Of a stretch of 64,000 nucleotides of DNA, positions 9,086 through 18,856 are shown one piece after another (position 1 is the stretch's first letter; each line of letters starts with the position of its first letter). A program made the position numbers and the translations under genes. The notes below the pieces were generated by a model. It was not told the DNA's origin. It saw only the letters and a program-made list of their open reading frames with translations, and ran no database searches. Origin of the DNA: an uncultured Verrucomicrobiae bacterium (GTDB taxonomy: Bacteria; Verrucomicrobiota; Verrucomicrobiia; Limisphaerales; Palsa-1400); NCBI GenBank assembly GCA_963707025.1, contig CAVPOM010000007.1:416001-480000 (forward strand), given 5' to 3'.

Positions 9086-9955
9086 GTGAAGCTCCTCCGT
9101 CCTCCATCCAAATTTCGGACGCTCCTGGCATTGGGGCGCGTTTCCAACTTGCCCACGGTGTGGTCCAACTGCCTGGCCGGCTGGTGGCTCGGGGGCGGCG
9201 GACCCTGCTGGCAATGGATCTGGCTCTCTCTCGCCCTGACCCTTCTTTACCTCGGCGGGATGTTTTTGAACGACGCTTTTGACGCGAACTTCGACCGGCA
9301 CAACCGCCGGTCGCGGCCCATCCCGTCGGGCGCGATCAGTGAGAAAGAAACCTGGCAGTGGGGATTTTCCCTGCTGGCCCTGGGCGCGGCGGGATTGATT
9401 TGGGCGGGGACCACCACCGCGGTTCTCACCTGGCTGCTCACAGGCTGCATCCTTCTTTACAATCTCATTCACAAATGGGCGGGAGCGTCGCCCGTGTTGC
9501 TGGGGGCGTGCCGCTTGCTCCTCTATCTGGTGTCCGCCTCGGTGGCGCGGGACGGGGTGACGGGCAATGTGTTGTGGTGCGGGCTGGCCCTGGCCTCTTA
9601 CGTCATGGGTTTGAGCTGGCTGGCGCGCCGGGAAAGCGGGCGCGGGCCGGCCCCATATTGGCCGGGCATTTTTCTGGCGGCGCCGTTGGTGCTGGCCGGA
9701 TTGAGTGACGATGGGCTCGCGCGGCAGACCGGCAATGTCCTGTCGCTGGTGCTGGTGGTCTGGATGCTCTGGGCGTTGCGCCACGCCTTCTGGCGCGCGG
9801 AGCCGAAGGTTGGCTATGCCGTGGCCAGGCTGCTGGCCGGCATCACCCTGGTGGACCTGCTGGCGGTGGCGGACCTGACCCAGCCGCAGGCCGGCCTTTT
9901 TCTGATTTGGTTCGTGCTCGCCCTCCTGCTGCAGCGTTACATTCCGGCGACGTGA
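9086..9955 (+). CDS. eboC: UbiA-family prenyltransferase (EboC-like)
   Basis: LGRVSNLPTVWSN, GGMFLNDAFD..D..RPIPSG, multiple TM helices. Confidence 0.85.
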   Translation: MKLLRPPSKFRTLLALGRVSNLPTVWSNCLAGWWLGGGGPCWQWIWLSLALTLLYLGGMFLNDAFDANFDRHNRRSRPIPSGAISEKETWQWGFSLLALGAAGLIWAGTTTAVLTWLLTGCILLYNLIHKWAGASPVLLGACRLLLYLVSASVARDGVTGNVLWCGLALASYVMGLSWLARRESGRGPAPYWPGIFLAAPLVLAGLSDDGLARQTGNVLSLVLVVWMLWALRHAFWRAEPKVGYAVARLLAGITLVDLLAVADLTQPQAGLFLIWFVLALLLQRYIPAT

Positions 9956-10037
9956 GCGGATAAAAATAATTGAGAAGGAGGCTCGCGTTTGGGACAAAAG
10001 TAGTTTACAGTGGGTTGCACAGTTATTGAAAACAGTC

Positions 10038-10391
10038 ATGAAAACAACTTGGAGCAGAAAAAAAATTCGCGACAAATTCACCGGCCTGACGAAGGCCGAT
10101 GGCACGCCCATGTCGCGGCAACAAATTCACATGCTCAGAAAGAAGGCGCGGGGCATTTGCCTGACCTGCGGCAAACCGGCCCTGGGCGTCTATTGTCTTC
10201 GGCACACCATCAAGGCCCGTGAGCGGATGCGGGCGCGCCTGAATTATCACCGGCGCCTGCGCGGCGCGCCCAGCTATGTCCTGCAAGAGCGGGAGCGGTC
10301 GCATGCGCGGCTGACCGGCGGGCGGGTCCGCGACGGGCGGGTCCGGCCGGGGCGGCGCCTCCATGCCAGAGTCCGCGCCAAGGCGAGCTGA
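10038..10391 (+). CDS. Small basic protein with putative Zn finger
   Basis: SRQQ..LR..G.C-x2-C-GKP-x5-C-x2-H, very Arg/Lys-rich. Confidence 0.6.
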   Translation: MKTTWSRKKIRDKFTGLTKADGTPMSRQQIHMLRKKARGICLTCGKPALGVYCLRHTIKARERMRARLNYHRRLRGAPSYVLQERERSHARLTGGRVRDGRVRPGRRLHARVRAKAS

Positions 10392-10399
10392 GCCTGGCG

Positions 10400-11413
10400 T
10401 CATTCCCTGGGCAACGGTTTGGCCGGCGGCACGAAGGAAAGACCGATTTGGCGCGCCACAAAGCCGGGCAGGCGAATCTTGTTCCACCAATAAGGGTCCT
10501 CGCGGAAAATCAGGCCAAGGGTTTGGCCGATGATTTTCCAGTTGCGCGCCCGCATTCCGGCCACGCCGTTGAGCAGCAAGGCCCGGCAGGAACAGAAAAA
10601 GAGGCTGTCCCGCGCCAATTTCTTTTGTTCCGAGGGGGGGAACAGCTTCATGGCCGCCGGGTCGGCCAGGATCTTGCGGGTCACGTAGTAAAAGACAGCG
10701 ACGTTGGAACCGGAGGAGTGCATGGCGGCGGTCAGGGAAATGGGCGTGTAACGGAAGGAGGATAGAACCTGGTCAATGTAGTAAAAATCGTGATGGACGG
10801 CGATGCGCATGTCCAAATCCAGGTCCAGGGCGAAATCGCTTTTGGTGTCGAATCCACCGGCCCGCCGGACCGCCTCGGTGCGATACATGATGCCGCTGGG
10901 CACGCAGCACGGATAATCATGCACCAGGAATTCCTTGAGCACTTTGGCCCGCTCGATGAAGCCGTCGCCGACTTGAAAACGGTAGCGGTAGTGCATTTTG
11001 CGCAAGAGGTAAAAGCGGGGGAAAATGCGCCGGTCGTTGGAATCAATCAAATCCATCGGGGCCATGACGATGCCGACCGAGGGGTATTTGCCGAAGGCGG
11101 CCAGCATCAATTCCAGCGCCCTGGGCTTGAGGAGGTCGTCATCCATCAGGACGACAAGGTAATTGCCTTGGGCGAGGGTCGCGACTTTTTGGATGTTGTT
11201 GATGTTTCCGATGTTTTGGCCATTGCGGTAATAACGAATGCGCGGATCGTTGAGGCGGCGGACGACTGCGGCCGACTCCTCATCTTCGCTGTTGTCAGTG
11301 ATGACGATCTCGAATTTCTGGCAGGTCTGGGCCAGGACGGAACGGAGGGCCCGCTCCAACAGCAGGGGGCGCTGATAAGTGGGGGTGCAGATGGAAACCA
11401 GGGGCGGGTTCAC
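10400..11413 (-). CDS. Glycosyltransferase family 2
   Basis: PLVSICTPTYQR, EIVITDNS, MDDD (DxD), PSG.MYR. Confidence 0.92.
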   Translation of the reverse strand: MNPPLVSICTPTYQRPLLLERALRSVLAQTCQKFEIVITDNSEDEESAAVVRRLNDPRIRYYRNGQNIGNINNIQKVATLAQGNYLVVLMDDDLLKPRALELMLAAFGKYPSVGIVMAPMDLIDSNDRRIFPRFYLLRKMHYRYRFQVGDGFIERAKVLKEFLVHDYPCCVPSGIMYRTEAVRRAGGFDTKSDFALDLDLDMRIAVHHDFYYIDQVLSSFRYTPISLTAAMHSSGSNVAVFYYVTRKILADPAAMKLFPPSEQKKLARDSLFFCSCRALLLNGVAGMRARNWKIIGQTLGLIFREDPYWWNKIRLPGFVARQIGLSFVPPAKPLPRE

Positions 11414-12477
11414 GCGCTTTTGCCGGGTTGGATGATGTGTTGGAGCATGACGCTGGCGAAGCTTTCGCCGGTGAACGGCTTGATCCGCTCGCCGCGCACG
11501 AAGTCTTCGATGGCGGCCAGAAAGGCTTCGTATTCCGGTTCCGGCATGGCCTTGAGATAGCGGTAAAGCTCCTCGTAGTTTTTGAAATTCCGCATGTCAA
11601 TAAAGGCGCGGGCCGGGATGAAATCGGCCACATCCGGCGCGCCCCAATAGATGGGCACGCAGCCGGCGAAAAAGCCGTCAAAAATCTTCTCGGTGACATA
11701 GCCGGGAAACACCGCGTTTTCATAGCAAAGGGCAAACCGGTATGGGCGCATCACGGCGTTTTTGCCCGGCACCGCCCCTTTCCAGGAGGGGAAGCGGCGG
11801 CAAAGCAGGGAACGGGGGAATAAGCGCGGATAGATTTTGAGGAGGAGCAGATTCAAGCGCGCGAGGCGGCCGGTGAAGTAACGGCGGTCCCAACCCTGCC
11901 CGTACAGGTCCAGGTCCTCCGGGTGACGGCCTTCGAACCAGCGGATGGCCCGCACCCGCTCGCTGTAAAGTTCCCGGGGATGGGGATTGTATTTTTGGCT
12001 GGCGATGGTCACACAGAATTTGGTCTTCTCCGCGCGGTTGATTTGGAAGGGCGCGGGCACCCGCATGGCATACCAGAATTGGAAAAGCTTCCTCTGGTCA
12101 ACCAGTTGCGGGTTCCAGGTGAAGACCTTGTCGAAGGCGCGCCAGTTCCGACGCCAGTATTCGTCCGGGCGGTTGGCCGGGTTCTCGATCAGGAACAGGT
12201 AAAGTCTTTTCCCTTTCAGGCGCCGCAGCTTGCGGAAATAAGGATCGAGCAAGGTCGGATGATCGAAAAAGATGGCGGCGTCGAATTTCTCCAAGTCGTC
12301 CATGTCGAGGGTGGCAACCCGGTGGCCCAATTGGCGCAGCCGTTGCCCGGCAAAATAGAACCCGTACATGATGTCGTCCCCGATCGGCCCGGCCGGGTTC
12401 TCCAGCATCCGGTTGCGGTTGTAGTGCTTGTAAAAACTGTAAAATCCCAAATACACGGCGGGGAAAGTTACCGCCAA
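11410..12477 (-). CDS. Glycosyltransferase family 10 (alpha-1,3/4-fucosyltransferase-like)
   Basis: YRFALCYEN...GYVTEKIFD.F.AGCVPIYWGAP GT10 motif. Confidence 0.88.
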   Translation of the reverse strand: MAVTFPAVYLGFYSFYKHYNRNRMLENPAGPIGDDIMYGFYFAGQRLRQLGHRVATLDMDDLEKFDAAIFFDHPTLLDPYFRKLRRLKGKRLYLFLIENPANRPDEYWRRNWRAFDKVFTWNPQLVDQRKLFQFWYAMRVPAPFQINRAEKTKFCVTIASQKYNPHPRELYSERVRAIRWFEGRHPEDLDLYGQGWDRRYFTGRLARLNLLLLKIYPRLFPRSLLCRRFPSWKGAVPGKNAVMRPYRFALCYENAVFPGYVTEKIFDGFFAGCVPIYWGAPDVADFIPARAFIDMRNFKNYEELYRYLKAMPEPEYEAFLAAIEDFVRGERIKPFTGESFASVMLQHIIQPGKSA

Positions 12478-12489
12478 CGCGGCGGCGGG

Positions 12490-14736
12490 TTAATGCAGGC
12501 CATAAAAGTTCTCGCGCGCTTTTTGCGTGGAGACGGGGGTGACGGCCGTCTCGACGGCAGCCCCGGCGGGGGTGAGGATCGCGGTCTGGCCTTTCTTGAG
12601 GGCCAGCTCGTAATCGCGATCAGCCAACTGCCTGAGCTGGAAGCCGGGGGCGGAGGGATGGGGCATGTCGGTGACGACGCGGCAGGGTTCGCCGGCCAGG
12701 CTCTGGATGCGGATGAATTGGAGCTTGTCCGCCTTGCGCACGGCGCTGACGAGGAAAGCGCCTTCGGCCCGAAGATTGTGGAAGGTGACGTCGTGCCAGG
12801 CGGCAGGCACGGCGGGGAAGACGCGGATTTTGCCGCCCCAACTGGTCAGGAGCATGTCGTGCAAGGAGGCCGCGCCGGACAAGGGCGTTTCGATGCACGG
12901 GCCGGCCTCGGTGTAAAGGGTGTTGGGCAGGATTTTTTCATCCAGCAGTTTGTTGAGCCAGGCCGCGGCCTCGTCACCCCGCCCCAGGACGGCGGAGATG
13001 GAAGCGGCGCCAGTGTAGGAGTATCCGCGCAACTGCTTGGGCATTCCCATCCAATGGTTGAGGGATTTGGCCACCAGGTCGCGATTCTCCGGCTGGTCAA
13101 GGTTCATGATGTAGAGCGGATAAATCATGAGAAGGTGCGAGTAATGGCGGTGCGACACGGCGAAGGGCATGCCTGCGGAGATCCTTAAGCCATTCTCATC
13201 CGCGGGATAGTGAACGAGCTTTTCCAGGACTTCATTCCATTTGGGAATGAGCGGGTCGTTGATCTGCAACTTCTGGCACGTGGCGAGGAGCGTCTGGCAG
13301 CCCCAGCGGATGAGGGCCAGGTCTATATTGCAGTCCGGGTTGGGCGCGGGCTGGCCGGGATACTCGGGAGAATAGCCTTCGGTGACGTGGAGGCGGCCGT
13401 CGGGCCCTTCCTGCATGTGGTGGAAATAGTAGTTCATGCTGCCCTTGAGCAGCGGGAAGAGGCGTTGCAGTTTGGCGTCGTCCATGCCGTAGCGGTAAAG
13501 CAGGTAATAATTGTGCAGCGCCCAGGGCAGATCGCAGATTTCGTGGTCGGCGGCGCGCACCAGGTCGTAACCGCAGGAACGGCCAATGGCGTAGGAATCG
13601 GAGGCGAATTGTCTGGCGTTGGCGGCAAGGGCAGCTTTGCCGTCGTCAATCATCTTGCAAAGAGGTTCGCCCAGTTCGAGCCGGTTGGCCGTCAGCACCG
13701 GCCAATAGGTCAGTTCGATGTTGAGATTCCACCAAATTTTCGGCCAGGGGGTGGTGTTAAACCAGGGACCGTTCAAATCAATGGGCATGCGGTCGGCGCG
13801 CGTGGCGCTGGCCAGCTTATACATCTGGAGCCAGTAAAAAGATTCCAGCCGCGTGTCGGGAATGGATAGGAAACTTTCCGGCCAATACTGGTGCCACCAG
13901 GCGCGGTGGGTGGAGGCCAGTTTGTCCAGGCCCGTGGCAGCGGCCTGGCTGACGCTGGCGACGGCTTGCGGCCGGGCGTCGCCGACCAGGGAGAACCCGA
14001 CACTCAACAGGACCACGCGCGCCCCGTCCTGGCCGGCCACTTCAGTCCAAGCCGTCGCGTGCTGGGCGCCGGTGAACAAGGATTGGGCGCAGAGATGCAC
14101 GCCGGCAGACTCGCTGAATTGGGGGTCGGGGTTCTTCTCCTTCTCCGGGATCGGCGTCTTCTGATAGATTTTACGGGGATCAGCGGCCAGGCCCGGTTCC
14201 CATTCAAACCGGCAGTTCTTTTCGCCGGCGGTGGGCTGGAGTTGGATGACCTGCACCATTTGCCCGGCGTGAGTGAAGCTGCGGATTTTGATCGCCCCCT
14301 GGCTGGTCTGGATCTCGCCGGTCAGCTCGGCGTTCCAGAGGTCCAGGCGGAAATGGCCGCCCTGGAGCGTGCCGGCGGTTTTGAGCACCAGTTCGCCAAT
14401 GGGGATGCGGTTGTTGCCCATCACCACGTCGGAACGGCCGATGCGCCAGTGGAGGGACGGGCCATCGCCGGCCGCGGCGGTGTTGGTGGCGAAGACATTG
14501 GCCCCCAGCAATCCATTGCCCATGAACGCGCCCGAACCCCATCGGTCCGGCGGCCTGGTCCAGACCATATCGTGGCGGGCGAGGAAAGCGGGCCAGTCAA
14601 CCTTGTCGGCCACATCCGCCGCGACGAGGCTGGAAAGGCAAGGGGCCAGCAACAGCACCGTGGTGGAAGCAACCAGCAGGGCCAACCGGGTGGTTGCACA
14701 AGTGGAATGGAGCTTGCTGCTGGAAATCCTGGTCAT
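12490..14736 (-). CDS. Secreted GH95-like glycoside hydrolase (alpha-L-fucosidase-like)
   Basis: Signal peptide, GNGLLGA, W.NLNIE.TYWP, SPEY, HRHYSHL..IYP, VFPAVP..W....F.NLRAEGAFLVSA. Confidence 0.82.
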   Translation of the reverse strand: MTRISSSKLHSTCATTRLALLVASTTVLLLAPCLSSLVAADVADKVDWPAFLARHDMVWTRPPDRWGSGAFMGNGLLGANVFATNTAAAGDGPSLHWRIGRSDVVMGNNRIPIGELVLKTAGTLQGGHFRLDLWNAELTGEIQTSQGAIKIRSFTHAGQMVQVIQLQPTAGEKNCRFEWEPGLAADPRKIYQKTPIPEKEKNPDPQFSESAGVHLCAQSLFTGAQHATAWTEVAGQDGARVVLLSVGFSLVGDARPQAVASVSQAAATGLDKLASTHRAWWHQYWPESFLSIPDTRLESFYWLQMYKLASATRADRMPIDLNGPWFNTTPWPKIWWNLNIELTYWPVLTANRLELGEPLCKMIDDGKAALAANARQFASDSYAIGRSCGYDLVRAADHEICDLPWALHNYYLLYRYGMDDAKLQRLFPLLKGSMNYYFHHMQEGPDGRLHVTEGYSPEYPGQPAPNPDCNIDLALIRWGCQTLLATCQKLQINDPLIPKWNEVLEKLVHYPADENGLRISAGMPFAVSHRHYSHLLMIYPLYIMNLDQPENRDLVAKSLNHWMGMPKQLRGYSYTGAASISAVLGRGDEAAAWLNKLLDEKILPNTLYTEAGPCIETPLSGAASLHDMLLTSWGGKIRVFPAVPAAWHDVTFHNLRAEGAFLVSAVRKADKLQFIRIQSLAGEPCRVVTDMPHPSAPGFQLRQLADRDYELALKKGQTAILTPAGAAVETAVTPVSTQKARENFYGLH

Positions 14737-14745
14737 AATCGCATG

Positions 14746-15804
14746 TTATGGCTTTGTTTCCGCTGGGCGGACGACTTGGAGGAGGACGACGGAACTGCTG
14801 CAGCCCCAGGAATGACGCGGGCCGGATGGCGTCGGTTCCTGCCAGCGGCACCAAGAGAGGTTGTCCGCTGGGCGGCGGACGTTCCAGGCGGCATCGGCAT
14901 TCTTCTGCAACCAGGACTCGAAGACGGGCTGGGCGTGGCGCTCGTTCATAAACCGCGCAATCCAGCGCACGCAGATTCCGTTGAAGCCGCCGGCATCGCC
15001 GGTCTCGCCATATTCAGGCAGGATTCCGTCGCGGCAGAGTTGCTTCATGGTGTAGGTGGCGGCCAGCATGGCGTCGTTGGTGTAGCCAAGGAGATTGGCC
15101 GCGCCCACGAAGGTGCCTTCGTTGTAGGTAAAGGCGGTGTAACTTATCCGGCCGTTGCGGCGGATGTTGTCGCAGACCTGGCCGGTCGCCGGATCGAAGA
15201 GGGTGGCCCGTTCCCAAAGAAAAAGGTTGGTGGCCTTGGCCAGATAAGCCGGGTCGTGACAGGCGCGGCCCAAAAGCGCTGCGGCGATGGCGGCCGGGCC
15301 GTTGACGCAGGCGTTCTTGGACTGGTTGTCCGTGCGCCACCACAGGCCGCCGCCCAGATTGGTTGACAATGCGCGCGCAAAGCAGGCGTCGAAGTTGGTC
15401 CGGGCGGCGTCCCGAAAGGCCGGGTTGCCGGTCAGGAGATAGCCGCGGGCGCAGGCGATGACGATCCACATAATGTCGTCGTTGTATATGTTCCTCGTCC
15501 AGTCCGAGCCGTGGTCCGCGACGAAACCGCGGAAGAGGTCGGCGAACATGGCGAGTTGCTGCTTGTTGCCCGTCCGCTCGTAGGCGTCCAGCTCCATCTC
15601 CATCTGCTCGGCCCGCATCCAGAAGGAAACCTTTTTTTCGCCGGTCGTGGTTTCCTTGAACCAGGCGCGGCCATCCTTGACCCGGTAAAAGGCCTGGATG
15701 TGGGCCTGCAACAGGGCATCGGCACGCGCCGAGGTGAAGCGCATGGTCGGGGCGGTTTTGCAGCCCGGCAGGAGACATACCGCGGCCAGGCACGCGGCGC
15801 GCAT
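14746..15804 (-). CDS. GH76 alpha-1,6-mannanase-like, probable lipoprotein (start uncertain)
   Basis: YNDDIMW catalytic motif, GGGLWW, KNACVNGP, FTYNEG, FNGI..RW, LLPGC lipobox-like site. Confidence 0.85.
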   Translation of the reverse strand: MRAACLAAVCLLPGCKTAPTMRFTSARADALLQAHIQAFYRVKDGRAWFKETTTGEKKVSFWMRAEQMEMELDAYERTGNKQQLAMFADLFRGFVADHGSDWTRNIYNDDIMWIVIACARGYLLTGNPAFRDAARTNFDACFARALSTNLGGGLWWRTDNQSKNACVNGPAAIAAALLGRACHDPAYLAKATNLFLWERATLFDPATGQVCDNIRRNGRISYTAFTYNEGTFVGAANLLGYTNDAMLAATYTMKQLCRDGILPEYGETGDAGGFNGICVRWIARFMNERHAQPVFESWLQKNADAAWNVRRPADNLSWCRWQEPTPSGPRHSWGCSSSVVLLQVVRPAETKP

Positions 15805-16348
15805 CCACCGCGCGGCGCGCCCTGTCCCGGAGATTTCACAGGTTATCGTCTCCCGTGCCGCCGGGCCAGTGGCCCGGCGGGACGGGTCCCGATTGGATCG
15901 GGATTCCACCCATGCGGCATGAAATGTCCGGGCTGGCCCCGCTTTGATCGAAGCCGGCCTCATCGCGTTTCCAGTCCCTTCTCCATGACAAGGTAAAGAC
16001 TCATCTCAGTGTTTGGACTCAGCATTGATCGCAAATCCACGGCAGCGCCCGCCGGCCCCGTCCGGCGCGAGCGGATTGTAATTGGACGATGGAAATAAAT
16101 GAAAGTGCAAAAAGAGGAGAAAGCTGGAGTTGGGGTGGGAAAAGGTTCTTCCAATGGGGCGGCAAGGCCTGTTTGCCGGCCAAAGCGGAACCGGCCGTTT
16201 TCAAAACGCCGGCGCGCAAATCCAGCATGGCCATTTTGGGTTGGTCAGCCGGGCGGGATGGGGTAATCTCCCGTCCATTGGCGCCTTGATGAGAATGAAC
16301 CCAGACAAACGAAATGTTGCCATGCCAGGAACCAACCCCTTTGCGTTT

Positions 16349-18501
16349 ATGCGGCAAATACTTTTCACCTCCTTGTTGATCACGGCCTTGCTCGGCACAG
16401 GAGTTTCTTCCATGAGCGCAGTCTCGAAGCATGCCCTCACGTTCGACGATTTGATGAAGGTGCAACGCGTGGCCGATCCGCAGATCTCCCCGGACGGCAA
16501 GTGGGTGGCATACGCCCTCACGGTGGTGGACAAGGAAAAGAACACCCGGAAGGCGGACATTTGGATCGTGCCAACCGGAGGCGGTGAGGCGCGGCAACTG
16601 ACACGCTCGCAGAAGGAGGACAGCCGCCCGCGCTGGTCTCCCGATGGCAAGGAGCTGGCGTTTGTGTCCACGCGCGACGGGTCTTCCCAGATCTGGCTCC
16701 TCCCGGTCGAAGGCGGGGAGGCCCGCAAGGTGACGGCGATCGCGACCGAAGCGGGGGGTGTCCTGTTTTCGCCGGATGGCAAGCATCTCCTGTTCACCTC
16801 GGACGTGTATCCCGAATGCGACAACCGCGATCCGCAGAAAGCGCTGGAGAGCAATGCGGCCAGGAAGAAAGCCGTGGAAGAATCCAAGGTCAAGGCGCAC
16901 ATCGCCACCCGGCTGCTCTTTAGACATTGGACGGAATGGAAAGACGGCAAGCGCACCCACTTGTTCATCGTGCCGGTGGACGGCTCGGAACCGCCGCGGG
17001 ATTTGACACCCGGTGATTACGATGTCCCCCCCTTCTCGCTCGGCGGCCCCGATGACTACGTATTTTCGCCAGATGGCAAGGAAGTCTGTTATGCCTCGAA
17101 TCATGACCCCCACGAGGAACGCTCCCTCAATGCGGATTTGTTCGTGGTGAACGCGGCCACGGGCGAAACGAGGAGGATCACGACAAATTCGGCCTACGAC
17201 GGATCGCCCCAATACTCTTGCGACGGAAAGTATATCGCCTATCGCGCCCAGTTCCGACCGGGGTATGAGAGCGATCGCTTCCGCCTGATGCTCTGTGAGC
17301 GCGCCACCGGAGAGCACCGCAACCTGACGGAGAGTTTTGATCGTTGGGTGGATTCTTTTGCCTGGGCGCCGGATGCGAGCAAACTTTATATCGTCAGCGG
17401 AGACCGGGGACGGAACGCCATCTTTGAAGCAGCGCTGTCCGGCAACAGCGTGAAAGCGATTTATGGCGGGCATTCTTCGGGCGATCTGGAAGTGACACCG
17501 GACGGACGCACAATCGTGTTCACGCGCTCTTCGATGGAGGAGCCGACGGAGATCTACCGTGCCAACGCCGATGGGTCAAAGGTGACGGCCCTGACCCATC
17601 ACAACGATGCCCTTTTGGCGACACTGGACATGAATGCAGCGGAGGAATTCTGGTATGACGGATCCCCCTCCGCCCCGGGGCCAAAGTGGACCCGGCTGTG
17701 GCCAGGGGATTCATCGAACCGGGCGAGGAGGGCGCCATCCTGCCGGCGCAAAGGAGCGCCGACGCACCCAGAATTCACGCTTGGATCTTAAAGCCGCCCC
17801 AATTCAACGCCGCGGGAAAATATCCGATGCTGCTGTTCGTGCATGGCGGTCCCCAAGGGTCTTGGGAAGACAACTGGGGTTACCGGTGGAATCCGCAGAT
17901 GTATGCCGCCGCCGGTTATGTCGTGGTCATGCCGGATCCGCGCGGCTCGACCGGCTATGGCCAGCAGTTCATTGATGAAATCCGCCAGGACTGGGGCGGC
18001 CGGTGCTTCAAGGATCTGATGCTGGCGGCGGACGCCGCCGGGAAATTGCCTTTTGTGGACAAGAACAGGATGGTCGCGGCGGGCGCATCTTTTGGCGGGT
18101 TCATGATCAATTGGTTCCAGGGCCATACGGATCGCTTTAAGGCTCTGGTGGCCCATGCCGGCGACTTCGATCAAGTCACCGGTTACTATGTGACCGAAGA
18201 GTTGTGGTTCCCGGAGTGGGAGTTGGGCGGAACCCCTTACGACAATCCCGAACTCTATGATTTTCTTTCGCCGGGCCGGTATGTGAAGGATTTCAAAACG
18301 CCGGAGCTGGTCACGCATGGCGAAATGGATTTTCGCGTCCCCGTGGCCGAGGGCCTGGCGATGTTTGCCGCCTTGCAGCGCCGTGGCATTGAATCGAAGT
18401 TGCTGTATTTTCCCGATGAAGGGCATTGGATTCTCAAGCCGCTCAATTCGGAATTGTTTTACAAAACCGCGATCGCATGGCTGGATAAGTTTACCAAGTG
18501 A
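16349..18501 (+). CDS. S9-family prolyl oligopeptidase/dipeptidyl peptidase, frameshift near 17680
   Basis: Signal peptide and PD40-type SPDGK propeller repeats. Catalytic domain in a second frame: HGGPQ, GASFGG, HGE.DFRVP, FPDEGHW. Confidence 0.92.
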
Positions 18502-18620
18502 GACCTCTGCAAAACGCGCGTCCACGATTGTAGCGGCGGTCTGTGACCGCCGCCAACCAGGGGAAATAACGGCATGGCGACGGTCATAGACCGCCGCCAC
18601 AGGCGTTTTCCAGGGGTCTC
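18500..18620. mobile_element. MITE-like element family A with REP-like hairpin pair (copy 1)
   Basis: TIR GAGACCTCTGCAAAACGC / GCGTTTTCCAGGGGTCTC (16/18 match). Internal GTAG hairpin TGTAGCGGCGGTCTGTGACCGCCGC plus inverted partner. Second copy at 46370-46491. Confidence 0.78.
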
Positions 18621-18856
18621 AAAGTGATAGAAGAAGGGGTGGTTTCGGAGGAAGGATTCCACCGGCGGGACGCCGACGGATGCGGCCGGGACGTCCGCGC
18701 TCCCCAAGCCGCCGCGAAACGGGCCATCCCAGACAGGCCGTCACCATAAGTTGGGCTGCTGCAGGCAAGGGAGGTTGAGGGAATGCCAAAATGGGTGGAG
18801 TTGGTTGCGGAAGGCAGGGCAAGGTTGAAAGGAGGCACTGTTGGCGCGCATCTGAA

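Noticed and set aside
15975..16030. CTGAGATGAG on the minus strand resembling a hammerhead ribozyme core
   Set aside because: Does not match CUGANGA, and I found no properly placed GAAA with flanking stems
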